Shown here: positions 12,767-22,701 of the stretch, piece by piece
Layout: each line of letters opens with the position of its first letter
Position numbering within the stretch: position 1 is the stretch's first letter
NCBI GenBank assembly: GCA_036398925.1
Contig: DASWOB010000050.1
Location: 79,399-143,398 of the forward strand
Source: Thermoanaerobaculia bacterium
GTDB lineage: Bacteria; Acidobacteriota; Thermoanaerobaculia; Gp7-AA8
Direction: 5' to 3'
Length of the DNA stretch: 64,000 nt
The notes under the pieces: model-generated
What the model saw: the letters and a program-made list of their open reading frames with translations, nothing else
The model's database searches: none
Told to the model about the DNA's origin: nothing
Position numbers and translations under genes: made by a program

Positions 12767-14021
12767 GACCCGCCTCTTTCCGCGAGACGCGCGCCAGCCA
12801 GTTCTCCAGGCGCGCAATCTTCGCGCGGTTACCCGTCTCCGTCGTCGCCGGCGGCGCCAGCAACGCCTCCAGCCGTGCGCGCACGTCATGGTTGTCCGGA
12901 TCGCGCGCGAGGATGTTGTCGTAGATCTGCCGCGCCTCGGAGATCGCTCCCTGACGCGCGTACAGATCGGCCATGGTCAACGTGTTGGTGAGGTCTTCTT
13001 GCTGCGGCTCGGCTACGAACGGCTCTTCCGTCGCGAACGGCTCTTCGCTCGCGAACGGGTCGTCCGTCATCGCGGGCGGCTCGTTCGTGGCGGCCGACTG
13101 TTCATCGGGCGGCGCAAAGATGTCCGCCTCGTCCGCGGAGATGGTCGGCTCGGGCGAGATCGGCGCAGATTCGACGGTCGGCAGGAGCTCTTCTGCGACC
13201 GGTGTGGGGACGTCGGCGACGAGCGGCGCGCGCTCGACGTGGAAACCGCTCGGCGCTTCGATGGCTAGCGCCGCGGAACTGTATGTCTCGACCGGTTCCT
13301 CGAACGGACTGGCGTCGTGCGCGACACTCATCGGCTCGTCGTCGGCAGCCGCGATCTCGACGCTCTGTTCGCGATCGATGGCCTGCTCCGCCGCCGCAAA
13401 CGTCGACGGTTGTTCGTCGAACGAGAACGGCTCTTCCACCGTCTGCGCCGGCAGTTCGACGTCCGGTTGCGATTCCGCTTGCGGCTGCGGTTCCGGCTGT
13501 AACTCGAGCTCCGCCTCCGCTTCCGGTTCCGGCTCGAGCTCGATCGGTGGCGGTGGTGGTGCGAGCTCCTGGTCGAGCCGGTGAATCATCGCCACCACGT
13601 CCTGATCGGTCGGCAGCAGCGCGTGCACCAGCTTGTACTTTTTGATTGCCTCGACCTTCTCGCCGAGCGCGTAGTAGGCATCGGCCAGGAGACGGGCCGC
13701 CACGACGTTGCCGGGGTCGAGTTGCAGCGCCTTGTTGAGCGGCTCGAGCGCATCGCCGTCTTTCTTCTGATCGCGCAGGACGCGGCCGAGGCTCACCCAG
13801 GCCGACAGGTAAGTCGGATGTGCGGAGAGGCCGGTGCGCAGTACCGCTTCCGACTCGTCGAGCGCGCCGGCTTTGCGCAGCTCCTCCGCGAGCGGAAAGA
13901 ACAGCCGGCTCTTCGGATCGGTCTTGAGCCGATACCGCAGTTCCTCGATCTTCGCATTCGTCGCCGGCTGAGCCATCTGAGAAGAGCCTGAATTCTTACC
14001 GTGAAACGGGGCCGCAGACAA
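12759..14021 (-). CDS. TPR-repeat protein with a central acidic Pro/Glu-rich linker.
   Basis: N-terminal and C-terminal TPR-like helices (LSAWVSLGRVLRDQKKDGDALEPLNKALQLDP...; ADLYARQGAISEARQIYDNILARDPDN) flank a low-complexity PEPEPEAEAELE region. No signal peptide. An alternative start at 13976 (MAQPATN). Confidence 0.7.
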   Translation of the reverse strand: MSAAPFHGKNSGSSQMAQPATNAKIEELRYRLKTDPKSRLFFPLAEELRKAGALDESEAVLRTGLSAHPTYLSAWVSLGRVLRDQKKDGDALEPLNKALQLDPGNVVAARLLADAYYALGEKVEAIKKYKLVHALLPTDQDVVAMIHRLDQELAPPPPPIELEPEPEAEAELELQPEPQPQAESQPDVELPAQTVEEPFSFDEQPSTFAAAEQAIDREQSVEIAAADDEPMSVAHDASPFEEPVETYSSAALAIEAPSGFHVERAPLVADVPTPVAEELLPTVESAPISPEPTISADEADIFAPPDEQSAATNEPPAMTDDPFASEEPFATEEPFVAEPQQEDLTNTLTMADLYARQGAISEARQIYDNILARDPDNHDVRARLEALLAPPATTETGNRAKIARLENWLARVSRKEAGRV

Positions 14022-14078
14022 GATGACCGCCCGGCGAAGCGGGCGGTCATCTCAGGATCGTTGAGGTCGGGGGCTCCG

Positions 14079-16130
14079 CTACGGCGTCGTGGCCGTACCG
14101 GTCACGCACACCTCGATGAGCGGCTGGGCCGGATCATTCGTGGTGAACGTGAAGGTCGCGTTCCGTGTACCGGCGCCGCCGGTGGGATTGAACGTGACGG
14201 TATACGAGGCGGTCGTCCCCGGAGGCACCGTGCGCTGCGTGGTCGGGGAGATCACGAACTCCGCCGAGCCGGTGCGGGCCGGATCGGCACCGATCACCAG
14301 GTTCTGGGAGCCGACCGGTGCATTGTTGCGGAACGTGACCGTGGCGGTGCCGGTGGCCGGGTCGGTCACCGAGACAGAGCCCGCGGACGCGCAGCCGCTG
14401 GCCGGGGCTGTGACGGCCGCCTGCGGCGGCGCCTGAACGCAGTTGTTCGGACCCGGCGGGTTGACGGTGACGGTGACGGCGTCCGTGCAGAGCGTGGTGG
14501 TGTTGTTGAACGTGACCAGCGTTTCGACCGGTCCGAGACGGGTGCCCGGAACCCCCGGACTGACTTCGCAGGCAACGGTCGGGAAGGTGAAGCCGGTCGT
14601 CGGCAGAGGCACGCTGAACTGCTGCGGGCCGGTACCGCTCGTGAGCGTGCTCGGCGTCGGGATGATGGTCCGGCCGTTCACATTGAAGCGGATGACGCTG
14701 GAGCCCAGCGGACCAACTCCCGGATCCTGAACCGTGACCGTGAGGATGCTTCCCGGAGTGGCGGTGCCGGTCACGCTCGTGATCTGCACCGGGACCGGGA
14801 TATAGGTGAACACCGCCTCGTTGGGTGCATCGCCCCAGATCTCGGAGTCGCCATTGGCGGTGTTGTTGATGATGATCTGCCCGGTAGCGCCGATGCACGA
14901 GGAGGGCGAGGGGCCGGTGCGGGCCAGGATCTGCGTGCCGCTCACGCGCAGCACCTGCGCGCGAATCGGTCCCGCGGTCGTGCCGATGACCACTTCCAGC
15001 GGGTCGTCGAAGCCGATGCCGTCGATGACGATATCGGTGCCGCCGAGCGAAGAGCCGACCAGCGGCCGGACATTCGTGATCTGCATGTCATTGACGTAGC
15101 GGAAGAGCGCTTCCGACGTCACGCGCGTGTTGGAGTTGATGTTCACGATCGTCACGTCGATCGGACCGGTGACCGTTCCGGAGCCGTTCGGGTTCGTCTC
15201 CCGTCCCGGCGGCGCCTGGACGATGATCTGGTCGAACCGGACGTCGATGACCCGTGCTTCGGCCGCGCCGAAGAACACCTGCACCGGGGCCTGGAAGCCG
15301 TCGCCGAAGATGGTGATGCGTGTCCCGCCGTCGATCGGGCCCGAGCTCGGGCTGGCCGTCACGATGCGCGGGGTGAGGACTTCGGCCCGGAAGATGAACG
15401 GGGCGGCCGCTTCCACGCGCTGCTCGTTCGCCGTACCGGCTTCGGTGATGACCGTGACCTCGGCTTCGAGCTGCTGGCCGGCACCGAGGTCGACGCCGGG
15501 AGTGATCACTTCGATGACAGTCGGCGAGACCGACACCACGAACGCTTCACGCGGCGTGGCGCCGCCGGTGTTGAACAGCACCCGCACCGGCGCGCGGAAG
15601 TTCGTGCCGACGATGCGGATCACTTCCCCGCCGGCCGGACGGCCGACTGCCGGACTGACCGAGGTGATGGTGGGGGCGGTGCTGGGCGGCGGATCGGTGG
15701 TGGGACGCGTGCGGAAGGTGACGGCGGCCTGACGGCTGATGTTGGCCACCGTGGCCGTGACCGTGGCCGTACCGGCCGTGCCCGACGTCAGCGTGACCGT
15801 GGCCACGCCGTTGGTGGTGGTGCGGATCGTGGACTGCGCCTCGACGTCGGTGAAGAGGCCGAGCGTGGTCTGGAACTCGACCGCGGTGCCGTTCGGAACG
15901 GGCTGACCGTTCTCCGTCACCGTGGCCGTGATCACGCTCGTCGAGTCGACCAGCGGATTCGCACTCGACGTCGTCAGCGTCACCGTCACGCCGGTCGGCG
16001 TCGGATTCGGATTCGGATTCGGCCCCGGCCCGGGAGACGGAGCCGTCGGCGTGTCGCCTTTGCATGCGGCGAAAACGAACAGGATCGCCAGGAGCGCGAG
16101 CCATTGTTTCCGCGGTCTGAATGTATTCAT
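14079..16130 (-). CDS. Large secreted lipoprotein with Big_2/Ig-like and at least three IPT/TIG domains.
   Basis: The ATG at 16130 is in frame. Lipoprotein signal (MNTFRPRKQWLALLAILFVFAACKGD). Repeated ITSVSPAVGRPAGGEVIRIVGTNF / IVTASPSSGPIDGGTRITIFGDGF / ITNVRPLVGSSLGGTDIVIDGIGF TIG signatures. Thr/Pro-rich linkers. Confidence 0.75.
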   Translation of the reverse strand: MNTFRPRKQWLALLAILFVFAACKGDTPTAPSPGPGPNPNPNPTPTGVTVTLTTSSANPLVDSTSVITATVTENGQPVPNGTAVEFQTTLGLFTDVEAQSTIRTTTNGVATVTLTSGTAGTATVTATVANISRQAAVTFRTRPTTDPPPSTAPTITSVSPAVGRPAGGEVIRIVGTNFRAPVRVLFNTGGATPREAFVVSVSPTVIEVITPGVDLGAGQQLEAEVTVITEAGTANEQRVEAAAPFIFRAEVLTPRIVTASPSSGPIDGGTRITIFGDGFQAPVQVFFGAAEARVIDVRFDQIIVQAPPGRETNPNGSGTVTGPIDVTIVNINSNTRVTSEALFRYVNDMQITNVRPLVGSSLGGTDIVIDGIGFDDPLEVVIGTTAGPIRAQVLRVSGTQILARTGPSPSSCIGATGQIIINNTANGDSEIWGDAPNEAVFTYIPVPVQITSVTGTATPGSILTVTVQDPGVGPLGSSVIRFNVNGRTIIPTPSTLTSGTGPQQFSVPLPTTGFTFPTVACEVSPGVPGTRLGPVETLVTFNNTTTLCTDAVTVTVNPPGPNNCVQAPPQAAVTAPASGCASAGSVSVTDPATGTATVTFRNNAPVGSQNLVIGADPARTGSAEFVISPTTQRTVPPGTTASYTVTFNPTGGAGTRNATFTFTTNDPAQPLIEVCVTGTATTP

Positions 16131-16168
16131 GTCAACCCCCATCACCCGAGTCCCCGACAACAATGTGG

Positions 16169-16756
16169 TTAGAAGCAGCCGTTGCAGTGATAGCAGAAGG
16201 TCAGCGGGAAGCGCGTCGCACCGTAGACGTTGTCGCCGGCCAGCGTTTCCCCGAACACTTCCACGATGACGTCCAGCTGCACGACCGAACGTCCCGTATC
16301 CGGGTCGCGGCCGCCGTTGTTCGGCAGGAGAGCCGCGAACGGCGCCTGGTTGCGCGCGTCGGGCTGCAGCACCACCAGGTTCGTTCCCGTCGCAGCGCCG
16401 CCGACATCGAGCAGCGTGTCGGTCGAGCGGACGAACCCGGTCGGCGTCGCGCGGCCGCCGTCGGTGCGTACGTACGACACCCGGTAGCGCGTGATGCGCA
16501 CCTGCGTGAACGCTCCGGTGACGGTGTCGTTCTTGGGAAGCGCCTGCAGCCGGATCGGGGCGATCGAGGTGTTGGCCGGGTCACAACCGGCGGCCTCCGG
16601 CTCGATATCGATCTGCTGCCGGGCCTGCTGGTTCGTCACCAGGAGATGCACCGATGACCCACTATTCGCCAACTCGCTGCTGCAGCTCAGCCCCAGAAGG
16701 GCGACCATCGCAACGGCCGAAGCAATCCATCTGTTTTTCATGGTTTTATCCATCAC
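16169..16756 (-). CDS. Small lipoprotein with a Cys-rich C-terminus, located 13 bp downstream of pilQ.
   Basis: Lipobox (MKNRWIASAVAMVALLGLSCSS). C-terminal ...FCYHCNGCF. No family recognised. Confidence 0.55.
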   Translation of the reverse strand: MMDKTMKNRWIASAVAMVALLGLSCSSELANSGSSVHLLVTNQQARQQIDIEPEAAGCDPANTSIAPIRLQALPKNDTVTGAFTQVRITRYRVSYVRTDGGRATPTGFVRSTDTLLDVGGAATGTNLVVLQPDARNQAPFAALLPNNGGRDPDTGRSVVQLDVIVEVFGETLAGDNVYGATRFPLTFCYHCNGCF

Positions 16757-16769
16757 TCCCCTCCCCTCG

Positions 16770-19337
16770 TCATCCTCTCACGATACGCGGCGTGATGAAG
16801 ATGAGGAGCTCGTCGTGGCTCGTCACGACATTGTGCGACTTGAACAGGTTCCCGATGATGGGGATCTGGTGAACGAACGGCAACCGCGTCTGCGCGTCGT
16901 TGTCCTTCGTCTGGAAAATACCGGCGATCACCGCCGTGCCGCCGTCACGCACCATCAGGCGCGTTCTGGCCTGCCGCGTCGTCAGCGGCGTACCGGCCGC
17001 GCCTTCGATCGACAGACCGACCGCCGGCTCGTTCTTCTGCACCTGGATGTCCATGATCACCGTTCCGGCCTCGGTGATCTGCGGCGTCACCGAAAGGCGG
17101 AGCGTCGCATCGAGGTACTGCACGGTCGTGGTGAAGTTGATCCGTGTCTGATACGGAATCTGGAAACCGCTCTGGATTTCAGCAGGCTGGTTGTCCTGCG
17201 TCGTCACACGCGGCGCCGAGATGACCCGCGTGAAGCCCTGCGCCTCGGCGGCGTGCAGCGCGAAATCGAGTGAGAACGTACCGAGAACGTCGGTCAGCGA
17301 GACACCGATGACCGGAGCCGCGCCGCCCGTGAACGAGAACGGTCCGCCCGCGAAATCGATGCGGTTCGGGAACACCAGACCGGTGCCGGTGCCGAGCGAC
17401 GGATCGAGCACGCCGCCGAACTCCCAGCTGAAACCGTATGCCTGCGAAAACGTCCGCGAGCTCTCCACGATGCGCGCCTCGATCACCACCTGCCGTGTCG
17501 GCACGTCGATGGTCGTGATCAGGTTCTGCATCGTCTGGAGGTACTGCGGGATCTCGCTGACGATCAGCTGGTTGGTGCGGGTGTCGACGATGATGCGCGC
17601 GCGGGTCGAGGCGATCTCCCGGAGGAGCATGGCCACGTCATTGGCCCGGGCGTACGACAGCTTGAAGCTGAGGGTCGTGCGCGGAACGTTGAGCTGCTCT
17701 TCCTCGGCCAGACGGCGCGCCGCCAGCGTTTCCTGGGCGATCCGCTCCACCTTGCCGATGCGCATCACGTTCCCCTCGAGGGTGAACGTCAGGCCATTCT
17801 GGCGCAGGATGATGTCGAGCGCCTGATCCCACGGCACGTCGACGAAATCGACCGTCACCGAACCGCTCACGTCGGGATCGACCGCGATGTTCAGACCGGT
17901 CAGCTCCGCGAACGTCCGGATCACATCCTTGACATCCGCATCCTTGAGGTTGAGCGAAAGCGGCTCGCCGGTGAACTGGCGCGGACCGCTGCTCAGCGTA
18001 CGCGTGCCGGCCAGCGTCCGCGCGCTGGTGGTCGACACCGGCGCGGCCTCGCTGAAGACGTCTTCCGGCTGCTGCTGCGCCGGCGGCGCCTGATCGGCCG
18101 CGCTATTGATCACCGGGCGCGCGCCCTTCGATGCCGGCTGGAGCCGGGCCGGCTCCGGCATCTTCCAGGCCGGATCGTCCGGAATGGTCGGGACCTGCGC
18201 CGGGATGTCGTTCGCCGCCGCCATTGTGGCAGCCGGCTTCGGCTGCTGCTTGACGCGCACCGGAGTCGGCTCGTTCCGCGTTTCCGCGATCTTCACCGGG
18301 GCCGGAGCGGCGTAGGCCGGCTCCGCTTTCTTCTGAACGTTTTCCGTAGCGCGCTTTTGCGCGACCGCGGCCACGCCGCTGCCGAACGACACGCGCAGCT
18401 CATCGCCGGCCGTGTCGATCGTGTACTCGCTCTTCTGCGCGAGATCGATGACCACCCGGGCCACCGGGGGAGCGTTCTTGAACTGGCCGACCCGGACGCG
18501 CTTGACCACCGCGTCGTCGACCGTGACCGAATCCCTCTTCACCGCGTTCTTCACGCCATCGAGATCGATGACCAGGCGCGACGGGCTCTCCAGACGGAAG
18601 GCCTTGTAGGTGAGGGCGCCGTCGCCGGCGATCCGCACTTCGACGTTGCCGCCGTTGCTGCTGGCGTCGATCCGCTTGACCGACTTGGCGCGCGGCAGAG
18701 GAATGTCCTCGGCGCGCGCGATCGGTTCGGCGGTCACGACGTCGTTGCCTGACGCCTGGACGACGTCGTTGCCTGACGCCTGGACGACGTCGGCGGGGGT
18801 CTCGACGATCGGCTCCACTTCCGGCTCGCTGACCGTCGGCTGCGGATCGGGGATCGCCGCCACCGGCGCGACCTCGGCAGGTGCGGCCGCGATCTGGATC
18901 GGAACGGCCGTGGCCGGGATCGTCACCGTCAGGTTCTTGCCGTCCGTCGCCACTTCCGGGGCGAGCGATTCGGCGAGGCGGAACGTCACGCGCGTCAGGC
19001 GGCTCCCCATCTCCACCACGTCTTCCGCGGCAATGGAAAGCACGGCCGGAGGCAGCGTGGCCGGAATGGCCAGGCCGGTCTCACGGCTGGTGGAGGTCAG
19101 GTCGATCACGAACACACCGGGCGACGGACTGTACGAGGTGTACGCGGGAGCGCCGGTGGTGCGGAGAAACACGCGCGAGCCCTCGACCTCGACCGCCGTC
19201 AGCGACATTGCGCTCAGCGCCGGCGCCGCGGGTGCGGGCGTCTGCGCCTTTCGAGATCCGAACAGTCCGGCGTGCGCGGAGCCTGCGCCCACCAGCACCA
19301 CGCTCGCAATCAGCAGGATTCGCTTGGCTCTTCTCAT
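16770..19337 (-). CDS. pilQ: Type IV pilus secretin.
   Basis: The ATG at 19337 is in frame. Signal peptide (MRRAKRILLIASVVLVGAGSAHA). N-terminal AMIN-like repeats. The C-terminal secretin domain (...RVISAPRVTTQDNQPAEIQSG..., ...IPIIGNLFKSHNVVTSHDELLIFITPRIV). Confidence 0.9.
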   Translation of the reverse strand: MRRAKRILLIASVVLVGAGSAHAGLFGSRKAQTPAPAAPALSAMSLTAVEVEGSRVFLRTTGAPAYTSYSPSPGVFVIDLTSTSRETGLAIPATLPPAVLSIAAEDVVEMGSRLTRVTFRLAESLAPEVATDGKNLTVTIPATAVPIQIAAAPAEVAPVAAIPDPQPTVSEPEVEPIVETPADVVQASGNDVVQASGNDVVTAEPIARAEDIPLPRAKSVKRIDASSNGGNVEVRIAGDGALTYKAFRLESPSRLVIDLDGVKNAVKRDSVTVDDAVVKRVRVGQFKNAPPVARVVIDLAQKSEYTIDTAGDELRVSFGSGVAAVAQKRATENVQKKAEPAYAAPAPVKIAETRNEPTPVRVKQQPKPAATMAAANDIPAQVPTIPDDPAWKMPEPARLQPASKGARPVINSAADQAPPAQQQPEDVFSEAAPVSTTSARTLAGTRTLSSGPRQFTGEPLSLNLKDADVKDVIRTFAELTGLNIAVDPDVSGSVTVDFVDVPWDQALDIILRQNGLTFTLEGNVMRIGKVERIAQETLAARRLAEEEQLNVPRTTLSFKLSYARANDVAMLLREIASTRARIIVDTRTNQLIVSEIPQYLQTMQNLITTIDVPTRQVVIEARIVESSRTFSQAYGFSWEFGGVLDPSLGTGTGLVFPNRIDFAGGPFSFTGGAAPVIGVSLTDVLGTFSLDFALHAAEAQGFTRVISAPRVTTQDNQPAEIQSGFQIPYQTRINFTTTVQYLDATLRLSVTPQITEAGTVIMDIQVQKNEPAVGLSIEGAAGTPLTTRQARTRLMVRDGGTAVIAGIFQTKDNDAQTRLPFVHQIPIIGNLFKSHNVVTSHDELLIFITPRIVRG

Positions 19338-19398
19338 ACTTCCCACCTTCACCATCTCGCCCTCCACTCGCAGCCCTGACTCCATCCTTCGCCTGCTC

Positions 19399-19923
19399 TC
19401 AGCGCTTCTCGTTCGGCGGCGTCAGATCCTTCACGACTTCGCGGTATCGCTCGATGCGAGTCGGATCGTTCACTTCCTGACGGAACACCACGCTCGTCGT
19501 CGTGATCCGGATGACTTCACCATCCAGAACCTTGTCGCCGACGCGGATCAGATAGCCTTTGTTGTCCGGACCGTTGATCATCGCAGCGAGGCCCTGCCGG
19601 GTCCGGAAGATGCCCTGCAGCTTCATCTCGTCGATGAGGAAGCCCGGCACGCCGGCGGGACGCTGCCCCGCTTCCAGCTTCGGCGCCGGCCCGATCAGCG
19701 AACGGAACGGATCGCGCCGTCCCTGCGGATCATAACGGTACGTATCGGTCGTGGTCGGCTCCTCGAGGATCTCCTCGAGCGACTTCTGCACGTCCGAGCC
19801 GCCGGTGGTCGCCGGCGTATCGGTGGTCGTGGCCGTACTGGTAGCAGGCGGAGTCTGGGCAACCGTCGCGACCGTAGCCGTGACGAGCACCAGCGAAGTG
19901 AAAAAATTCGTTTTCTTCATCAC
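19399..19923 (-). CDS. pilP: Type IV pilus assembly lipoprotein PilP.
   Basis: Signal/lipoprotein N-terminus, a Thr-rich linker and a C-terminal PilP beta-domain (LQGIFRTRQGLAAMINGPDNKGYLIRVGDKVLDGEVIRI). The gene lies in the pilMNOPQ order. Confidence 0.75.
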   Translation of the reverse strand: MMKKTNFFTSLVLVTATVATVAQTPPATSTATTTDTPATTGGSDVQKSLEEILEEPTTTDTYRYDPQGRRDPFRSLIGPAPKLEAGQRPAGVPGFLIDEMKLQGIFRTRQGLAAMINGPDNKGYLIRVGDKVLDGEVIRITTTSVVFRQEVNDPTRIERYREVVKDLTPPNEKR

Positions 19924-19931
19924 GTCTCCGC

Positions 19932-20558
19932 CTACTCCCCAGCCTCGCCGCCCGGTCTTGCGCCGCCCGGCTTCTTGTCATCCGGCTTCTCTTCCACCGG
20001 CTCGGTGTAGACGAACGTCTTCGCGGTGAAGCTCGACGTGATCGTGCGCTGCTCCTGTGCCCCGAGCGCCGAGATCGAGATGTTCTCGACGTTCATGATG
20101 CGCGAGAAGTTGCCGAGGCGGTTGAAGAGGATGGCCAGGTCATGGTAGCGGCCGTCGACGGAGACCGAGATCGGCCACTCCACGTACGGATCGGCCGACC
20201 CGGCGCCCAGCGGCGGGAAGGTCAGGCTCTTGAGCGTGAACTCACCCTGGTCGACCAGCGACTTGAGCTTCTTGATGATCTCTTCGGTATTGCGCGTGGA
20301 CGGCAGGATGCGGCGCAGCTTTTCGAGCTCCAGCTCGAGCCGCTTCACTTCCTCGCGGAACTGCGGCAGCTTCCGTTCGGCGGCCTGACCCTGCTGGATC
20401 TTCCGTTCGAGCTCCGCGATCTGATTGTCGGCGGTGACGATGTCCTGCTTGATCTCCTTGACCAGCAGGTAATCGGTCACGAAGACGATCGCGACGGCGA
20501 GCACGATGCCGACCAGCAGCCCCACCCACCACGGTTTGTCGTCCAGCGTCAGTGCCAT
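19932..20558 (-). CDS. pilO: Type IV pilus assembly protein PilO.
   Basis: A single N-terminal TM helix, a coiled coil (ELERKIQQGQAAERKLPQFREEVKRLELELEKLRR) and a periplasmic domain. Position in the operon. Confidence 0.8.
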   Translation of the reverse strand: MALTLDDKPWWVGLLVGIVLAVAIVFVTDYLLVKEIKQDIVTADNQIAELERKIQQGQAAERKLPQFREEVKRLELELEKLRRILPSTRNTEEIIKKLKSLVDQGEFTLKSLTFPPLGAGSADPYVEWPISVSVDGRYHDLAILFNRLGNFSRIMNVENISISALGAQEQRTITSSFTAKTFVYTEPVEEKPDDKKPGGARPGGEAGE

Positions 20559-20567
20559 CGGTGTCTC

Positions 20568-21230
20568 CTACTGCGTCGCGGTGGTGCCGGTGGTGGATGT
20601 AGTCGACGTGGCCGTCGCATCCCCCGCGGTCCCTTCCGCTCCTTTCGGCCCGTACGTAAAGGCGAAGTTCATGTCGAAGGTGTAGACCAGCGGCGTAACT
20701 GAAGCCTGCGTCATCGCCCCCACCTGCGGCTCTTCGAAGTACGGGTCGTTCTTCACGTTCTCGATGAAGAGCGCGATCGCGTTCGGGTTCAGGCCGCGTC
20801 CGGCGAGCGTCACCCTCCCGGCGTTGATCGTCATGCTGTCGAGCCAGACCAGGTCCGGAAGGTCGCGGCTGATCTGATCCATGATCCGCACCGGCCCCTT
20901 CTGGTTCTTCTTCAGCTCGTTGATCAGGTCGATGCGCTGCTGGAGGTTGTCCTTCCGCTTCTGGAAGTCCTCCACCTCTTTGATGATGGACTCCAGGCGG
21001 TCGGCGATCAGCTTCCGCTGCGCGATCGTCTCCTGGCGCTCGGCCAGCTGCTGCTTCTGGTAGAACCAGTAGCCCCCCGCCGCCAGAGCCCCGAGGAGCA
21101 GCAACGCCACGATGAAGATGTTGTTGACGTTCGTGCCCGCGCCACCGCCTACGCCAGCCGCAGCTGCCGCGGGCGCGGCTCCAGCACCGCGAACCGCCCG
21201 CCCTTCCCGCACTAAGTTGATCTTGATCAA
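20568..21230 (-). CDS. pilN: Type IV pilus assembly protein PilN.
   Basis: MIKINLV..., one TM helix, a coiled coil, and synteny (stop/start overlap with pilM). Confidence 0.8.
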   Translation of the reverse strand: MIKINLVREGRAVRGAGAAPAAAAAGVGGGAGTNVNNIFIVALLLLGALAAGGYWFYQKQQLAERQETIAQRKLIADRLESIIKEVEDFQKRKDNLQQRIDLINELKKNQKGPVRIMDQISRDLPDLVWLDSMTINAGRVTLAGRGLNPNAIALFIENVKNDPYFEEPQVGAMTQASVTPLVYTFDMNFAFTYGPKGAEGTAGDATATSTTSTTGTTATQ

Positions 21231-22285
21231 GCGTCCCCCAACTTCCTCATGGCCAGGCCGACGGCGATGGCCATGCTCGGCGCGATCTCAGCCAGTTCCT
21301 CGGGGTTGAATTGGCTCTCGTCGACGTTGATTTTCCGGAAGGGGTCCATGATCGACACCGGGATGCCGAACTTGTCGCGCAGGATGGCGTCGAGGTTGAG
21401 CACACCCGAGCCGCCGCCGGCGAGCACGATCTCGTCGACGCGCTCGGCGCCGGAGGTCGCGGTGAAAAAGTCGAGCGTCTTCCGCAGCTCACCCGCGAAG
21501 TCCTCGGAGACCGAGTTGAGGATCGGGATGACCTGCTGGATCGTGTAATCCGCCACCGGCCGCCCTCGCTTGAGCTCCTCGGCCTGCTCGAACGAGAGGC
21601 TCAGCTCGCGCTGGATGGCATCGGTGTACTGATTGCCGCCGAACGTGATGTCACGCCAGAACATCGAGGTGGAGCCGGAGAGCACGTTCACGTTCGTGAC
21701 CGAGGCTCCGACGTTCACGAGCGCCAGGACCTTGGTGTCCTCGAGCTCGTAATTCACCTCGTAGCAGTTCTGGAGCGCGAACGCATCGACGTCCACGAGC
21801 ACCGGCAGCTTGCCGCTCTGGCTGATCACCGACGTGTAGTCGTTGATCTTCTCCTTCTTCACCGCCACGAGGATCACGTCGATGTTGTCGCCGGCTCCCG
21901 GACTGGTGAGCGGGACGTAGTCGAGGTTCACGTCGTTGATGTCGAAAGGGATGTACTGCTCGGCTTCCCACTGGATCGACTCGGAGAGCTCCTCCGGCGA
22001 CATCGCGGGCAGCGTAATCTTCTTGATGATCACGGAGTGGCCGGAGAGGGATGTCGCGTAATTGGAATTCTTTACGCTCTGATCCGTGTTCAGCCGCTGG
22101 ATCGTCTCGACCACCATGGAGGAATCCATGATGGACCCGTCGACGATCGCTTCCGGAGAGAGGCGTTCCGCACCCAGCTTCACCAGCGAGTACGCTCCGC
22201 CCTTCTTCTCCTTCAGCTCGACGAGTTTGATTGCTGAGGAGCCGATATCAAGGCCAACAACATTTTTGCTCTTTGAGAAGAACAC
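21227..22285 (-). CDS. pilM: Type IV pilus assembly ATPase-like protein PilM (actin-like fold).
   Basis: VGLDIGSSAIKLVEL... and the FtsA/actin-like domain arrangement. First gene of pilMNOPQ. Confidence 0.9.
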   Translation of the reverse strand: MFFSKSKNVVGLDIGSSAIKLVELKEKKGGAYSLVKLGAERLSPEAIVDGSIMDSSMVVETIQRLNTDQSVKNSNYATSLSGHSVIIKKITLPAMSPEELSESIQWEAEQYIPFDINDVNLDYVPLTSPGAGDNIDVILVAVKKEKINDYTSVISQSGKLPVLVDVDAFALQNCYEVNYELEDTKVLALVNVGASVTNVNVLSGSTSMFWRDITFGGNQYTDAIQRELSLSFEQAEELKRGRPVADYTIQQVIPILNSVSEDFAGELRKTLDFFTATSGAERVDEIVLAGGGSGVLNLDAILRDKFGIPVSIMDPFRKINVDESQFNPEELAEIAPSMAIAVGLAMRKLGDA

Positions 22286-22346
22286 CGCTCACCCCATCCA
22301 TCTCACTCACTTCTCATTGGCTCCACCGGATGTGAAAGGTGAGGCG

Positions 22347-22375
22347 AAATTACAACGTTTAATTTTGTGTGTCAA
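22347..22375 (-). promoter_or_regulatory. Candidate sigma70-type promoter for pilM.
   Basis: Minus strand TTGACA-N17-TAATTT, about 60 bp upstream of the pilM ATG, in an AT-enriched divergent intergenic region. Confidence 0.3.
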
Positions 22376-22440
22376 CTCTACCGGTTTTAGATAAGTAGAG
22401 GATTCACGCGCACTTGCATGCCGTCGAGGACGCCGGACGC

Positions 22441-22469
22441 TTGCGCGAAATCGCGACGCTGATTACAAT
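22441..22469 (+). promoter_or_regulatory. Candidate sigma70-type promoter for rpmB.
   Basis: TTGCGC-N17-TACAAT at 22441-22469. A GAGGGAG RBS at 22491-22497, then the ATG at 22504. Confidence 0.4.
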
Positions 22470-22503
22470 CCACGCCTTTCGCGTTATTTGAGGGAGTCAA
22501 GCC

Positions 22504-22698
22504 ATGGCCAAGATGTGCGAAGTCTGCGGGAAAGCGCCCGTGTTCGGAAACCGAGTCAGCCACGCCCACAACGTGTCCAGCCGCCGCTGGATGCCGAACC
22601 TCCAGCGTGTGCGTGTTCTGATCGGCTCGGCCGTCAAGCGGATGACCGTCTGCACCCGCTGCATCCGATCGGGATCGGTCAAGAAAGCCGCCCGCTAA
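22504..22698 (+). CDS. rpmB: 50S ribosomal protein L28.
   Basis: [38 protein letters not shown]...VCTRCIRSG matches the short-form L28. Confidence 0.85.
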   Translation: MAKMCEVCGKAPVFGNRVSHAHNVSSRRWMPNLQRVRVLIGSAVKRMTVCTRCIRSGSVKKAAR

Positions 22699-22701
22699 AC
22701 T

